Below, piece after piece: positions 37,426 to 48,600 of a stretch of DNA of 64,000 bases. The stretch lies in the IMG/VR virus record IMGVR_UViG_3300008266_000038, positions 6,371 to 70,370 of that record; one strand, given 5' to 3'. The stretch is from a virus. The notes below the pieces were generated by a model. The model saw nothing but the letters and a program-made list of their open reading frames with translations, was not told where the DNA came from and searched no databases. Position 1 is the first letter of the stretch, and the number at the start of each line of letters is the position of its first letter. Made by a program: the position numbers and the translations under genes.

Positions 37426-40400
37426 ATGACTAAAATTAAAAATACATTCGGCAGAGGTGTTGTTGATAAAGATTCTGATGAAAGACTTGTTCCTTCTGAT
37501 GTTTTTATAGATGCTGAAAACTTCATGGTGGTTACCGAAGATGGATCTAATTTAGGTGTTGGTAAAAATGTTTTAGGAAATATAAAAAAAACAAATTTTA
37601 ATATTCCAAATTCAGAAACAATAGGTGTTTTATCTGATGATTCTAAAGATAGATGTTTTTATTTTGTAACTTCTAGTACATTTGATTACATTATTCAATA
37701 TAATTTATCTGATAATACATCTGAAATAGTTTTACAATCTTCTGTAGGTGGCGCTCTTAATTTTTCAAAAGATTTTAGAATATCTCACATCGATATTTTT
37801 ATTAGTGATACTCAAGACGAATTATTGGCTTGGACAGATGGTTATAATCCGCCAAGAATTATTAATATAAATAGATCAAAAACATTGCTTGTAGATGATT
37901 TTACATCAGATGAAATTTCAGTTATAAAATCTCCACCATCAATAGATCTTATTATATTACCAAAACAGATAAATTCAACTACAAAGAGTAATTATTTGCT
38001 TAAAAATTTCATTTCTTTTGCTTATAGATATAAGTACAAAGATGGTTTTTTTTCAGCTATATCTTCATGGTCTCAACCTGTTTTTTTGTCAAGAAATTTT
38101 GATTTAGACAGAAATTTAGGAATAAACAGAGGAATGATAAACTTTGCAAACGCTGCAGATATTACTTTCAATACTGGTCCAAGAGAAGTTATAGGTATAG
38201 ATTTATTATTTAGAGAATCAAATTCTACAACACCATATATTATTCAACAATTCTCAAAAGAAGAAGAAGGTTGGGCTAATGATGTAAGTCAAACATTTGA
38301 ATTTAATAATAGTAAAGTTTATTTACCATTAACCGAAGAGCAATATTTTAGAAATTTCGATAATGTTCCATTAAAAGCGTTGGCTCAATCTAAATTAGGT
38401 AACAGAATAGGTTATGGAAATTTCATAGAGGGTAGAGATATTCCAGAAAAAATTGATTTTGAAGTTGAACTCGTTTCTTCTTCTATATCCGATTCTTTTG
38501 TGTCTGAGGTAAAAAACTACACTTTTGAAGATAAAGAATTTAGCAACCTTATTGATTGGGAATCGGTTAGTGTTTTGGATGGGGTTATAAATTCAAACAT
38601 GAATATAGCTACAAATGTCATGACAATGACAATGGCTCCAAATTCTAAATTAGAATTTGATTTTAACATTACATTATACAATAACTCTTTATCTGATGTA
38701 GCTAGACTTGTAATAACAAATAATGATGTTGTTGTGTTTACAAGTTTAGATTTTAGCGGTTCTTTAATAGAATCTTTTATTTATGAAAATGAAGATGATC
38801 TTTTAACAGAAGATGTTGTTTTTAAATTTTATCTTTTAAAAGTATCTGGAGATGTTGTGTATGATTGTAGAATGGATGTTACATACGTAATAGGTGTAAC
38901 ACTTGATTATAAATTAAGATACAATGCTATTTATCAAGATTCCTACTTGCAATTTGGATCACCAATACCTTTATTTTATGGAAACATAATGAATAAAGGT
39001 AAGGTAGATATTGATTTTACAGGAGTTTCTTTCAATAGAGATACATTTTTATTCATAGAATTTGAAGCCGAATCTAATTTATATAAAGATGCTCCAAACG
39101 TTTTTGGTACTATTTTCTATAACATAGAAAATGATTATGCTAATATTTCAGATTTTTTTACAAATTCAGGGTTTAAAAACTATATTGAAAACGAAACCAC
39201 AGGATATTCTTTTCTTTTTAAAGAACAATTTTTAGGAGTAGATTCAGTAAACATACAAGAATACATAGGGCTAAAAGTTACATTAAGCGGAAATATTTTA
39301 TCAATATCATTTCCTTATGCTAGATATGAAGTTACTGATGAATTTGGAACATACAATAAAGAGGAATTGTTTAGAGTTTTGTCTGCTGAATCTTATATTT
39401 CAGGGTCTAATAGTTTTGCTAGTTTACATAGCAATAGAGATTATGAAGTAGCCATGATATATATGGATAAACAAGGTAGAAAATCAACAGGACTAACATG
39501 CAAAAACAATATTTTATACATACCACCAATAAATAGCGTAACAACAAATAAATTAAACGTTATTGTTAATCATAATCCACCATCTTGGGCAGATAGATAT
39601 AAGTTTTCCATAAAGCAAACAAAAACAAATTATGAAACAATTTATGGTTCATTGTTTTTTATCGATGGAAGTTATGTTTGGATAAAAATTGTTGGGAAAA
39701 ATAAAAATAAAATAAAAGAAGGCGACACTTTAATTATAAAAAAAGACACAACAACTTTCGAATTTCAATCTATAGTCGAAACAAGAGTGCTTCAGGTAAC
39801 TGATAAAGCAAAAGATTTTTTAGATGGAAACAAAGATGAAAAAGGATTAGATATTATAGAAGAAGAAGGAACTTATTTTAAAATACTTCCAGATAATTTT
39901 ATTATAAATTATGACCCTGATACATTTTTAAGCGTAAGGGATAATAGTAGCGCTTCTAACGATAGACCTTTTTCGTATTTAGGTGTTTATTCATGGGAAT
40001 TCGATATGTCTGTAATACCAGGTGTTCCTGATAAGCTTTTTCCTGGTAGTCCTGCAGAATCTACTAGAGGCAGAGTGTTAGATGGATTGTCTTTTTATGA
40101 TACTGCAACATCAACTATTAAAGATAGACCAATACCATCCGGAAGTGGAATTACATTATACTTAATTTCAAAAAGACATAATAGAAAAGATGCAAAATAT
40201 GAAAAAACATTTTTTGCATCTATTGATTATGATAACTTTCAAGATTTCTTTAATGCCGAAATATCAAGTCAAATACCTTTACAAGCTGAAAACGGAAGTG
40301 AATATGATAATGTTAGAGTAACAAGAGGTTATCCTTATTTCAGAAACTTCAGAGACAAATTTACAGATTCTACTTTTATTGATGGTTTTTTTGAAGACCC

Positions 40401-41985
40401 TAGTGGATATTTATTTATGATTGTAGAAGGTGTTTATGCAGGAAACGGAAGTATATCTACAGGTAAAAAAGGATATCTTAACGCTAAAATATCTTTAAGA
40501 TTATCAGATGATTTATTGATTTTTGAGACAGAACCATTAGAATTAATAGACGCACCTTTCTATGAGACACCAGAAACTTATAAAATAATAAATGGGCAAC
40601 ATGAAAAAACTAGTCATTTATTAAACAATGCTTTTAATTGTTTTTCTTTTGGCAATGGTGCCGAATCATACCAAATAGAAGATGAGTTTAATCAGAAATA
40701 TTTATCTTTAAATGCTATTCCTGTAGGTGTTTCTCAGGAAAAATATAAACAGATAAATAGATATGCAGATATTACATATAGCGGAGTTTATCAACCTACA
40801 TCTAATGTAAATAGATTAAATGAATTTAACTTATTTTTAGCTAACTATAAAGATGATATTGAAAAAAGATATGGTCCTATAATTAAATTATATCCAAATG
40901 AAACGGATTTATTAGTTATACAAGAAGATAAATCAAGTAAAGTTTTTTACGGAAAAGACATTTTATACAATTCTGATGGAACAGGAAATTTATCAAGCAT
41001 AGAAGATGTTTTAGGTCAACAAAAAACAGATGGAGGTGAGTTTGGAATATCTGACAATCCGGAAAGTTTTACGGAATATGGTTTTAATGCTTTTTTTACA
41101 GACAGGAAAAGAGGTTCTATTTTAAAAAGAAATGAAAATAATGGATTATTTGAAATTTCATCTCAAAAAATGAGAAGTTATTTTAAAAGTTTATTTAGAG
41201 ATAATCAAATAAATAATATTATTTCTTGTTATGATTCTTTTTACAATACGTTTATTTTGAATATAAAATACAATGAAAATCAATACGTTACTTGGTTTTA
41301 TTCAGATAGATATGATGGATTCTTGGGAAGAATGACGTTTAACCCAGATGCTATGATTAGAATAAACAATGAATTACTTTCTTTTAAAGGAGCAGATGTT
41401 TATTTACACAATAGAGGGGATTACAACACGTTTTATGGTGAAGAATCTCCTAGTAGTTTTTCGTTTAATTTTTCTCAAGAACCAAGTACAAGGAAAAATT
41501 TCAAAAATATTGAAATTGAAGGAAGTACTTCTGTAGATGTAGAATTAGTTACAGATATTAATCAAGGCTATATTAATAAAAATGATTTTGAAAAAAAAGA
41601 AGGCGTTTTTTACGCTTATATTCGAAATTCAAATAACGATGTTGATTCTTCTCTTTTAAGTTGTCAAGGAATTGGAAATTGCACTATTTCTGGACTTACA
41701 TTAAATTTTGATTTTGAACTAGATAGTATTATTTCTGTTGGCGACCAAGTAAGAAATTCTAATTTAGAATTAATCGGAACCATTGTTTCAAAAACCATAA
41801 ATAGTTTAACACTAAATGCAGTAGAAAATATTGTTTCAGGAGATTTCGTTCTTTGTTCAAAACCGCAAAGTATAGAAAACAATGATTTGTTAGGGTACTA
41901 TATGAAAGTAACTTGCAGATTCTCAAGTAATACATACCAAGAGATTTTTGCAATTAATAGCGAAGTATCTAAAAGTTTTTCTTAA
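37426..41985 (+). CDS. tail nozzle/stabilisation protein
   Basis: KDSDERLV, WTDGYNPPRIIN, GEFGISDNPES, FFTDRKRG, KKEG.FYAYI; podovirus nozzle-type architecture. Confidence 0.65.
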   Translation: MTKIKNTFGRGVVDKDSDERLVPSDVFIDAENFMVVTEDGSNLGVGKNVLGNIKKTNFNIPNSETIGVLSDDSKDRCFYFVTSSTFDYIIQYNLSDNTSEIVLQSSVGGALNFSKDFRISHIDIFISDTQDELLAWTDGYNPPRIININRSKTLLVDDFTSDEISVIKSPPSIDLIILPKQINSTTKSNYLLKNFISFAYRYKYKDGFFSAISSWSQPVFLSRNFDLDRNLGINRGMINFANAADITFNTGPREVIGIDLLFRESNSTTPYIIQQFSKEEEGWANDVSQTFEFNNSKVYLPLTEEQYFRNFDNVPLKALAQSKLGNRIGYGNFIEGRDIPEKIDFEVELVSSSISDSFVSEVKNYTFEDKEFSNLIDWESVSVLDGVINSNMNIATNVMTMTMAPNSKLEFDFNITLYNNSLSDVARLVITNNDVVVFTSLDFSGSLIESFIYENEDDLLTEDVVFKFYLLKVSGDVVYDCRMDVTYVIGVTLDYKLRYNAIYQDSYLQFGSPIPLFYGNIMNKGKVDIDFTGVSFNRDTFLFIEFEAESNLYKDAPNVFGTIFYNIENDYANISDFFTNSGFKNYIENETTGYSFLFKEQFLGVDSVNIQEYIGLKVTLSGNILSISFPYARYEVTDEFGTYNKEELFRVLSAESYISGSNSFASLHSNRDYEVAMIYMDKQGRKSTGLTCKNNILYIPPINSVTTNKLNVIVNHNPPSWADRYKFSIKQTKTNYETIYGSLFFIDGSYVWIKIVGKNKNKIKEGDTLIIKKDTTTFEFQSIVETRVLQVTDKAKDFLDGNKDEKGLDIIEEEGTYFKILPDNFIINYDPDTFLSVRDNSSASNDRPFSYLGVYSWEFDMSVIPGVPDKLFPGSPAESTRGRVLDGLSFYDTATSTIKDRPIPSGSGITLYLISKRHNRKDAKYEKTFFASIDYDNFQDFFNAEISSQIPLQAENGSEYDNVRVTRGYPYFRNFRDKFTDSTFIDGFFEDPSGYLFMIVEGVYAGNGSISTGKKGYLNAKISLRLSDDLLIFETEPLELIDAPFYETPETYKIINGQHEKTSHLLNNAFNCFSFGNGAESYQIEDEFNQKYLSLNAIPVGVSQEKYKQINRYADITYSGVYQPTSNVNRLNEFNLFLANYKDDIEKRYGPIIKLYPNETDLLVIQEDKSSKVFYGKDILYNSDGTGNLSSIEDVLGQQKTDGGEFGISDNPESFTEYGFNAFFTDRKRGSILKRNENNGLFEISSQKMRSYFKSLFRDNQINNIISCYDSFYNTFILNIKYNENQYVTWFYSDRYDGFLGRMTFNPDAMIRINNELLSFKGADVYLHNRGDYNTFYGEESPSSFSFNFSQEPSTRKNFKNIEIEGSTSVDVELVTDINQGYINKNDFEKKEGVFYAYIRNSNNDVDSSLLSCQGIGNCTISGLTLNFDFELDSIISVGDQVRNSNLELIGTIVSKTINSLTLNAVENIVSGDFVLCSKPQSIENNDLLGYYMKVTCRFSSNTYQEIFAINSEVSKSFS

Positions 41986-42006
41986 ATTTGTTTCAAATAT
42001 GAATAT

Positions 42007-42411
42007 ATGAATTTTATAGTTAAAAAACATAGTAAATTAGATTTTTTCGAAACATATCAAAAATGGTGCGAACAACATAAGTTCCCGTTAATAACAATTG
42101 ATTGGTTTCCTGAAAATGTATTTGTTTCATATAACGAAAATGATGAGCCTTGTTATTGTTGTTGGTTTTGGCATACTGATTCAAAATTAGCATGGATAGG
42201 TTTTCCTTGTTCAAACAAAAATGTATTGTACAGAGATAGAGATGGAGGTCTTGAAGCTCTTTATGAATATATTAGCAAATATGCTAAAAAGAAAAAATAT
42301 GTTACAATAATAACAACATCTGGTAGAGAAGAAACTGATTCTATTTGTAAAAAAACAGGATATGTTTTAGGTGATACGAATGTTAATCATTATTTAAAAA
42401 AATTAAAATAA
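42007..42411 (+). CDS. GNAT-like protein preceding internal virion proteins
   Basis: 134 aa; YISKYAKKKKY...CKKTGY pattern; position analogous to T7 gp13. Confidence 0.45.
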   Translation: MNFIVKKHSKLDFFETYQKWCEQHKFPLITIDWFPENVFVSYNENDEPCYCCWFWHTDSKLAWIGFPCSNKNVLYRDRDGGLEALYEYISKYAKKKKYVTIITTSGREETDSICKKTGYVLGDTNVNHYLKKLK

Positions 42412-42417
42412 CATACC

Positions 42418-43167
42418 ATGATAGGAACTGCGGTTGTAGGTGCTGGATTAGGAGTTTATCAAACACTTGAAGGAGCAAAACAAAAAGAACAAGCTAGAAA
42501 AGCTTTAGATGAATATAAAAGACAACAATTAAAAAATGTTGGAGAAGATTTAAGAGTGTCTACTCTTGGGACAGATACTCTTAGAGAAGAACAGTCAAAA
42601 CTAACAGCGCAACAAATAGAATCTTTATCAGGAGGCGGCAACAGGGCTTTGGTTGGTGGATTAGGAAGAATTGAAGCAGGAAATCAAGCTGTTAATGATA
42701 GAATTGCAGCAAGTCTTGATGAAAAACAAAAAGAAATTGATATGATTATTGCTGAAGATGATGCTCGTATTAGAAGTATGCAAGAAAATCGTGAGATTGG
42801 TGATATTAATGCTTTAAGTTCTCAATATAATGCAGGAAATGAAGCTATGCAAATGGGAATTGGTCAAGCAATTGGTGGTGTTGGAGCAGTAGCAAATTCA
42901 GTAGGAAACGCTGGTAAATCTGCTACCACAGAAGGTGCTTCAGAAGTGTCTAAATCTTCAAATGCAGGTAGCTCTACTCCAAACAATGAATTAAGCACAG
43001 GTGTAATGACTAAAACAGGAGGAAGTGGTTTAGGCGCTACTAATCAACCTATTGACGATTTTGGGAATAAAATAAATACTAACACGAGTAATACTCCGTT
43101 ACCAAAAAGAAGAAAATTTGGATTGGGTTATACAGAGAATTACGATGGAACTTTAAATATTGATTAA
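42418..43167 (+). CDS. putative ejection (internal virion) protein
   Basis: Gly/Ala-rich N-terminal helix and coiled coil. Confidence 0.55.
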   Translation: MIGTAVVGAGLGVYQTLEGAKQKEQARKALDEYKRQQLKNVGEDLRVSTLGTDTLREEQSKLTAQQIESLSGGGNRALVGGLGRIEAGNQAVNDRIAASLDEKQKEIDMIIAEDDARIRSMQENREIGDINALSSQYNAGNEAMQMGIGQAIGGVGAVANSVGNAGKSATTEGASEVSKSSNAGSSTPNNELSTGVMTKTGGSGLGATNQPIDDFGNKINTNTSNTPLPKRRKFGLGYTENYDGTLNID

Positions 43168-43925
43168 AGCTTAATGTTGTTTTTAATTTTAAATTGTATA
43201 ACACAAGCATAAGCTTCCTCAGGGGTATCAAATAGAGGTAAATTAATTCTTTTTTTATTAAGAACTATTCTACCTCTATATTTTTTACCATCTTTATAAA
43301 CATTTTTATAATAAAGATTAGTGTTCTTTTTAATATAATCTTCTATAGATTCATTTATTGATATTTTGTGTAAAACAATATTTAATGTTTCTTTAGCTAA
43401 TTCTATAGTGTCAAAATAACCAAGACATATTTTTTTACCTTTAAAAGTAATTCTTACTCTTATTTTATCTTTTTCTAAATAAATACAATTATTTCCAGAT
43501 TTTTGTTTTTTATCTTTAGACGCATTTTCTCTTTGAGAAATTAATTGTAAATTAGTTAAACAATTATTTAATGGATTATTATCTATGTGGTCAACAACTA
43601 TTTTATAACCACAAGGAATATGGTTTAAAAATGCCATTGCCACTAATTGATGAACTTTTGCTTTTTTAGGTATTGCATTATTGTAAATTGTAATAAAAAA
43701 ATAACCTGTTGTTGTTAGCTTTTGAATTAAAATTTTATCTTTTATTTTATAAAATCCTTTACCTCCAAAAACTTCTCTAGATAAAGATTTAACCCTCCCT
43801 AAATCTGAAACTTTATACATTCCTTCGTAACCAGCAACATCTCTAAATTCCTCTTGACAAACTAAACCCTCTTCATTAATATAAAACAAAGGTTCTAAAC
43901 TAAAATTTTTGTGATACTCTATCAT
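43164..43925 (-). CDS. NUMOD4-HNH homing endonuclease with C-terminal AP2-like domains
   Basis: FRDVAGYEGMYKVSDLGRVKS, VHQLVAMAF, VDHIDNNPLNNCLTNL, LGYFDT; likely ATG at 43925. Confidence 0.9.
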   Translation of the reverse strand: MIEYHKNFSLEPLFYINEEGLVCQEEFRDVAGYEGMYKVSDLGRVKSLSREVFGGKGFYKIKDKILIQKLTTTGYFFITIYNNAIPKKAKVHQLVAMAFLNHIPCGYKIVVDHIDNNPLNNCLTNLQLISQRENASKDKKQKSGNNCIYLEKDKIRVRITFKGKKICLGYFDTIELAKETLNIVLHKISINESIEDYIKKNTNLYYKNVYKDGKKYRGRIVLNKKRINLPLFDTPEEAYACVIQFKIKNNIKL

Positions 43926-43930
43926 AAATA

Positions 43931-44021
43931 AAAAACCGCATTTCATCAGGTCGTCGTCTGAATCCATGCGGATTTTCAATAATATTTTTAATTGTAGCGA
44001 CGACTCTACTATGCAAATATA
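43931..44021 (-). promoter_or_regulatory. HNH promoter and structured leader (two hairpins with complementary loops)
   Basis: -7 TATATTTG at 44021-44014; loops GTCGTCG and CGACGAC. Confidence 0.6.
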
Positions 44022-44055
44022 GTAATATTATTTAAAATACAATATATTTTTTATT

Positions 44056-44063
44056 TATCTTTG
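44056..44063 (+). promoter_or_regulatory. -7 element for internal virion protein genes
   Basis: TATCTTTG. Confidence 0.6.
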
Positions 44064-44091
44064 TTGTGATAATTCTTTAAAACATAAAATT

Positions 44092-45636
44092 ATGCCAATT
44101 GGAAAAATCGGCTCATTCGCTACAACAGAAGCACCACAAGATTACATATCAGGAGCTTTACAAAATGTCGAGAACCAATCTTTTCGTTATCGTGCTGAAC
44201 GTAGATTAGCGGAAGAAAAAAAAGAAGCAGCAAAAATTGAAGAAGAAAAACAATTAGCAGAACATTTAAAAAACTTTAATATTGATTTAACAGGAAGTCA
44301 GTCTATTGATGATTTAAGTCAATCTTTTGCTCAAGAATCTTTTGGTAAGTATGCTGAATTGGCAAGACAGCTACAAACAACTACAGACCCAAACGAAAGG
44401 CTAAAATTAAGAACTGAACAAGCTAGAATTAATCAAAATATTAGCGCGTTAAAACAAATCCCTGGAATTTTAAAAGAAAAAGTAGAGTTTATTTCTAAAA
44501 ATGTTGACAAACTTAACCCTGATGATGTTGATATTATTCAAGAAAAACTTGGTATGCTTGAAAAAGGTAACGCTAAAGTTTATCTTGATGAAAACAAAGT
44601 ACCAAGAATAAATATTTATAAAGTTGATGAAAATGGTCAGGTTACAGGTATTCTTGAAAAAGAACAAACTGTTGCTGAGTTTGTAAATAGTATTAACCCA
44701 CACATGAAGAGTAATTATTCTGATATGCTTGAAAAAGCAGTTAAAAATACAGCGGTTGCTGATGTTACTACTCAAACAGGAGTTAATATTTTTCAAGAGA
44801 AAAAAGTTAAGGATGAAATTGCTAATGAAAAAGCTGAAAGTTTTGCTGAAATGATTGTAAATAATCCTGATGAAGCTTATGCTTTTGCTAAAGCTAAAGG
44901 CATTGACTTAAATAACAAAGAAGCGTTAAAAGAAGCAGTTAAAAAAGATTTCAAAAATTCATTAGATGTTACCACTAAACAAGATGTTGATTCTGCTTTA
45001 ATCTCAGCAAACAAACCAACTAAAGATTCAGGAAAAGAAGATAAAAAACCTATTGTTTTTGGTGACGACCCAATTTATGTTACAAAGACAGGAACAAAAG
45101 CCAATACTAAACTAGGAAGAGGTTATATTGGTTATAGTTTAGGAAATCCAAGTATTGATTACGGAGGAGGAAAAAGAAAGGTTATTAGAGGTATTTACGC
45201 AAGTCCTTATGACAACAAAGTGAAACTTTGGGTAGAAGAAGTTGGATTTGAATCTTCAAGTAAAGATGATTTTAAATTAAACGCTACCGGATTAGCTAAA
45301 GAGAAACAAGCTAAAGAAAAAGCTAAAAAAGAGGGGAAAACTTTGGATTACAATGATTTTTATGCAACTTTAAGTCCTAATGATTATGAGTATAGAAAAG
45401 TTTCAACAAAAGACACAAATGAAAGACTTTTAGACTTCAAAGGTGATGCAGGTGAAATTTTAGAGTATGCAAATGAACTTGGTTTTGACGTTGGAGAATT
45501 AGAAACAATGTATAAAGCAAAAGCACAAAGAGATAAAAAATCACCAACTCCTAAAAGTGGAAGTAAACCAAAAACAACTACAAAAAAAAGAACATACAAA
45601 GGCTTAGATTCAAACGGAAACCCAATTTTTGAATAA
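44092..45636 (+). CDS. putative internal virion/ejection protein
   Basis: Helical and charged; position in ejection module. Confidence 0.55.
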   Translation: MPIGKIGSFATTEAPQDYISGALQNVENQSFRYRAERRLAEEKKEAAKIEEEKQLAEHLKNFNIDLTGSQSIDDLSQSFAQESFGKYAELARQLQTTTDPNERLKLRTEQARINQNISALKQIPGILKEKVEFISKNVDKLNPDDVDIIQEKLGMLEKGNAKVYLDENKVPRINIYKVDENGQVTGILEKEQTVAEFVNSINPHMKSNYSDMLEKAVKNTAVADVTTQTGVNIFQEKKVKDEIANEKAESFAEMIVNNPDEAYAFAKAKGIDLNNKEALKEAVKKDFKNSLDVTTKQDVDSALISANKPTKDSGKEDKKPIVFGDDPIYVTKTGTKANTKLGRGYIGYSLGNPSIDYGGGKRKVIRGIYASPYDNKVKLWVEEVGFESSSKDDFKLNATGLAKEKQAKEKAKKEGKTLDYNDFYATLSPNDYEYRKVSTKDTNERLLDFKGDAGEILEYANELGFDVGELETMYKAKAQRDKKSPTPKSGSKPKTTTKKRTYKGLDSNGNPIFE

Positions 45637-45637
45637 T

Positions 45638-48600
45638 ATGACACAAATAGATCCAAATAAAAAAAAGCAATTAGACCAAAACATTAAAAACATGTTGGCT
45701 AACGGAGCTTCTGAAGAAGATGTTATTAAATATTCTAAAGATTTTCATGAAAAGTTTTCAGTAAAAAAAAAAGAATCTTCACAATCACCATCAGTTCAGC
45801 CAAAATCGGTTTCGGTACCGAAAAATGGTTCTTCGGGTACTCAAGAGTTTGAGTATAAACCTGTTTTCGATGAAAGAGGAAGACAAGTAAAGACTAAAAA
45901 TGCTAAAGGCGAACTTGTTCCTTATATGGAAAAAGTACCAAAAGGATTTGCTAGTTCTACTGAAGAAAGAGAAATTGTACGTCAAGAGCAAAAACAAAAA
46001 GCTCAAAAACCGGTAAAACCTACCGTAAAATATCAACAATACAAAACTACTACTGCTCCAAAAAAAGAAGAGGTAGATTTAATTGCTCAAGAAGTTGATG
46101 CTGAATTAAATCAACAAGGTTTTTGGAATGGTATGGTTGCAGGTGCTAAAAAAGGGGCAAACTTTTTATCAGATGTTGTAATGACAGTTGGTACTTTAGG
46201 AACCGAAACAGATGGTCCTGAATTATTCAATGAACAGCCATTCTATAAAGAAGCAGAAGAAGCTAAGAAACAACTTATTTCTGAAAACAAAGGAGATGCA
46301 TCAAAATTAACCCCTGAGCTAATCAAACAACGCACGAAGGATATTGTAGTTCAAAAAAGAACAGAAGGTCTTAAAATAGACAAGAACAATCAGTTTTTGT
46401 CATCACTTCCAGAAGAAGAAAAGAAAGCATTAAATTTAGAAGCGGTAACTCAATACAAAACTTTAAATGATAAAGATAAGTATTTAGCTACCGAGAAAGC
46501 TGTATTGGAAAATGAATTTGAGTCTTTACAAAAAGATTATGCTGTTGTAAAAGCTATTGTAGATAAATCTCAAAAAGAAGGCAAGCCACTTTCCCCTCAA
46601 TTTACCGAAAAAGCATTAGAGCTTGAAGAAAAGTTGAAATCAAAATATGCTGAATTTTCTAATTTAGAAAAAGAGTATGTTAATAATGATAATCAAATCG
46701 GATCAATTGAAGAAGAAGTTGATTTTTTAAAACGTAATTATTCTACTGCAGAAAAATTAAAAACAGATACTAATTTAGGATTAGCTGATATTTATGTTGG
46801 TTTAACTAAAAAAGTACCTGCTTTATTGTATGAAGCAAATGAATTAATTTTAGGAGATACTATTTTTAGTGTTGCTGATGAAGAGTCTGAACAAAAAAGA
46901 AGAGAACTTATTAACGAAATAATTGATTGGGAAGCAGCGAAAACAGAAACAAAATCTAAGTTTAAAAAAAATGTTGAGTTTTCAAACTTAAATACTGAAA
47001 ATTTTGGTAGTTTTTTAGCACAAGAAATTGGAACTCAAATTCCTGTTTTTGCACAAATGATGATGCCCAGTGGAATTGTTTCTTTAGGAGCTACGTCAGC
47101 AGGTGGAAAATATGGTGAAATGGAAATGGAATCAAATCGAATTTCATTCAATCACAACGGAAAAGAATTACAAGGTTTTGAAAAAGAAGATGGAAGTATA
47201 GTTGATGAAACAGGTTTTAAATACAATCCTGATGAAGTAGAAATTACTTCTTTAAGAACTCCTGATTACTCAAAAGGACAAATGGTTACTGCTGCTTTTG
47301 GTTTTGGTACTGCAGAAGCATTACTTGGTGCATTACCTACTAAAAGTGCTTTAGGAAGAGTTGCTAAATCTTTTGAGCAAAATGGTAAAAGAGAATTAAT
47401 AAGAGATGGAATTAAGACTTTATTTATAAAACCATTAAATGAAGCAAAACAAGAAGCTTGGACTGAAGGTGCTACAAGTGTTGTTCAGAACTTTATTGAT
47501 ATGAAAGTTTTAGGTAAAAACGATGTTGGACTTTTCGATAATGTGGACCACGCGATGTTTACCGGTGGAATGTTAGGAGGATTAATGGGGTCTGTTCCGG
47601 CAATTGCAGGCGTAGCGATGCGACCATTCTCAAGTAAAACAGAAACTAAACAAGTTAGAAAAAACCTTGAAATGGTTTTAGGTTTACGCGAACAATTAAA
47701 CAATCAAGAGCTAACTCCTGCTACAAGAAAGGCTATTTCAGACAAAATTACTGCATTAGAAACAGAAAATACACAAATCCTTACTTCGGTTGCAGAAAAA
47801 TCAAAAGGTCTTTCTAAAGAGCAATATGAAGCTATTGTGGATATTGATAAAAAACAAGAATTACTTAGACTTCAAGCAACTGAAATAAAAGCAGATAATA
47901 GTATTTCAAATGAATTAAAAAAACAACTTTTAAATGACTTAAAAGTTGAATTTAGTTCTTTAGAAGACAAACGAAATATTTTAGTTAGCGACAAGGCTAC
48001 AATTTTAGATACATTACCTGATTCTGAAAAAACAAAATTCAGAAATGAAGCTACTCAAATTTTAAAAACTGAGTATAAAGGAGAAGGTGAACCTAAAATT
48101 GAAGATGAAGCAGTTACTAAAAAAGCAATTGAATTATACAATCAATCTAAATCAAATGAAGCAAAAGTCACCAAAAGTACTGTTGAAGAAAAACCTATTG
48201 AGCAACTTGAAACACAACCACAAGCCGAAACACAAACGGAAGTCGGTGAAGTAGAAAATGTTTCCCTTACTAATGAGGTAAACATTCCCGAAAGTGAAGC
48301 TATAACTACTGAAACTTTAACTGAAAATGAAAAACCAACTATAATAAGCACAGATAAAGGAAATTCTCTTAAATTAAATACTAAAAGAACAGAAACATCA
48401 AATAATAAAGATGTGTTTGATTATGAGATATTAGACAACGAAGGAAATAATATTGGGAATATAGAGCTTATAGACTTAACTTCTTACGATTATTATAAAG
48501 AACAAGGTATAGATGGCTTTATAGTAACCAATGTAAAAACTAAAAATAGAGGATATGGAATTGGTAGAGATGCTTATAAATCTTTAATATTAAATTTTAA

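Noticed and set aside
43936-43971. CTGATGA on the minus strand as a hammerhead ribozyme core
   Set aside because: No stem II followed by GAAA, and no NUH cleavage-site geometry
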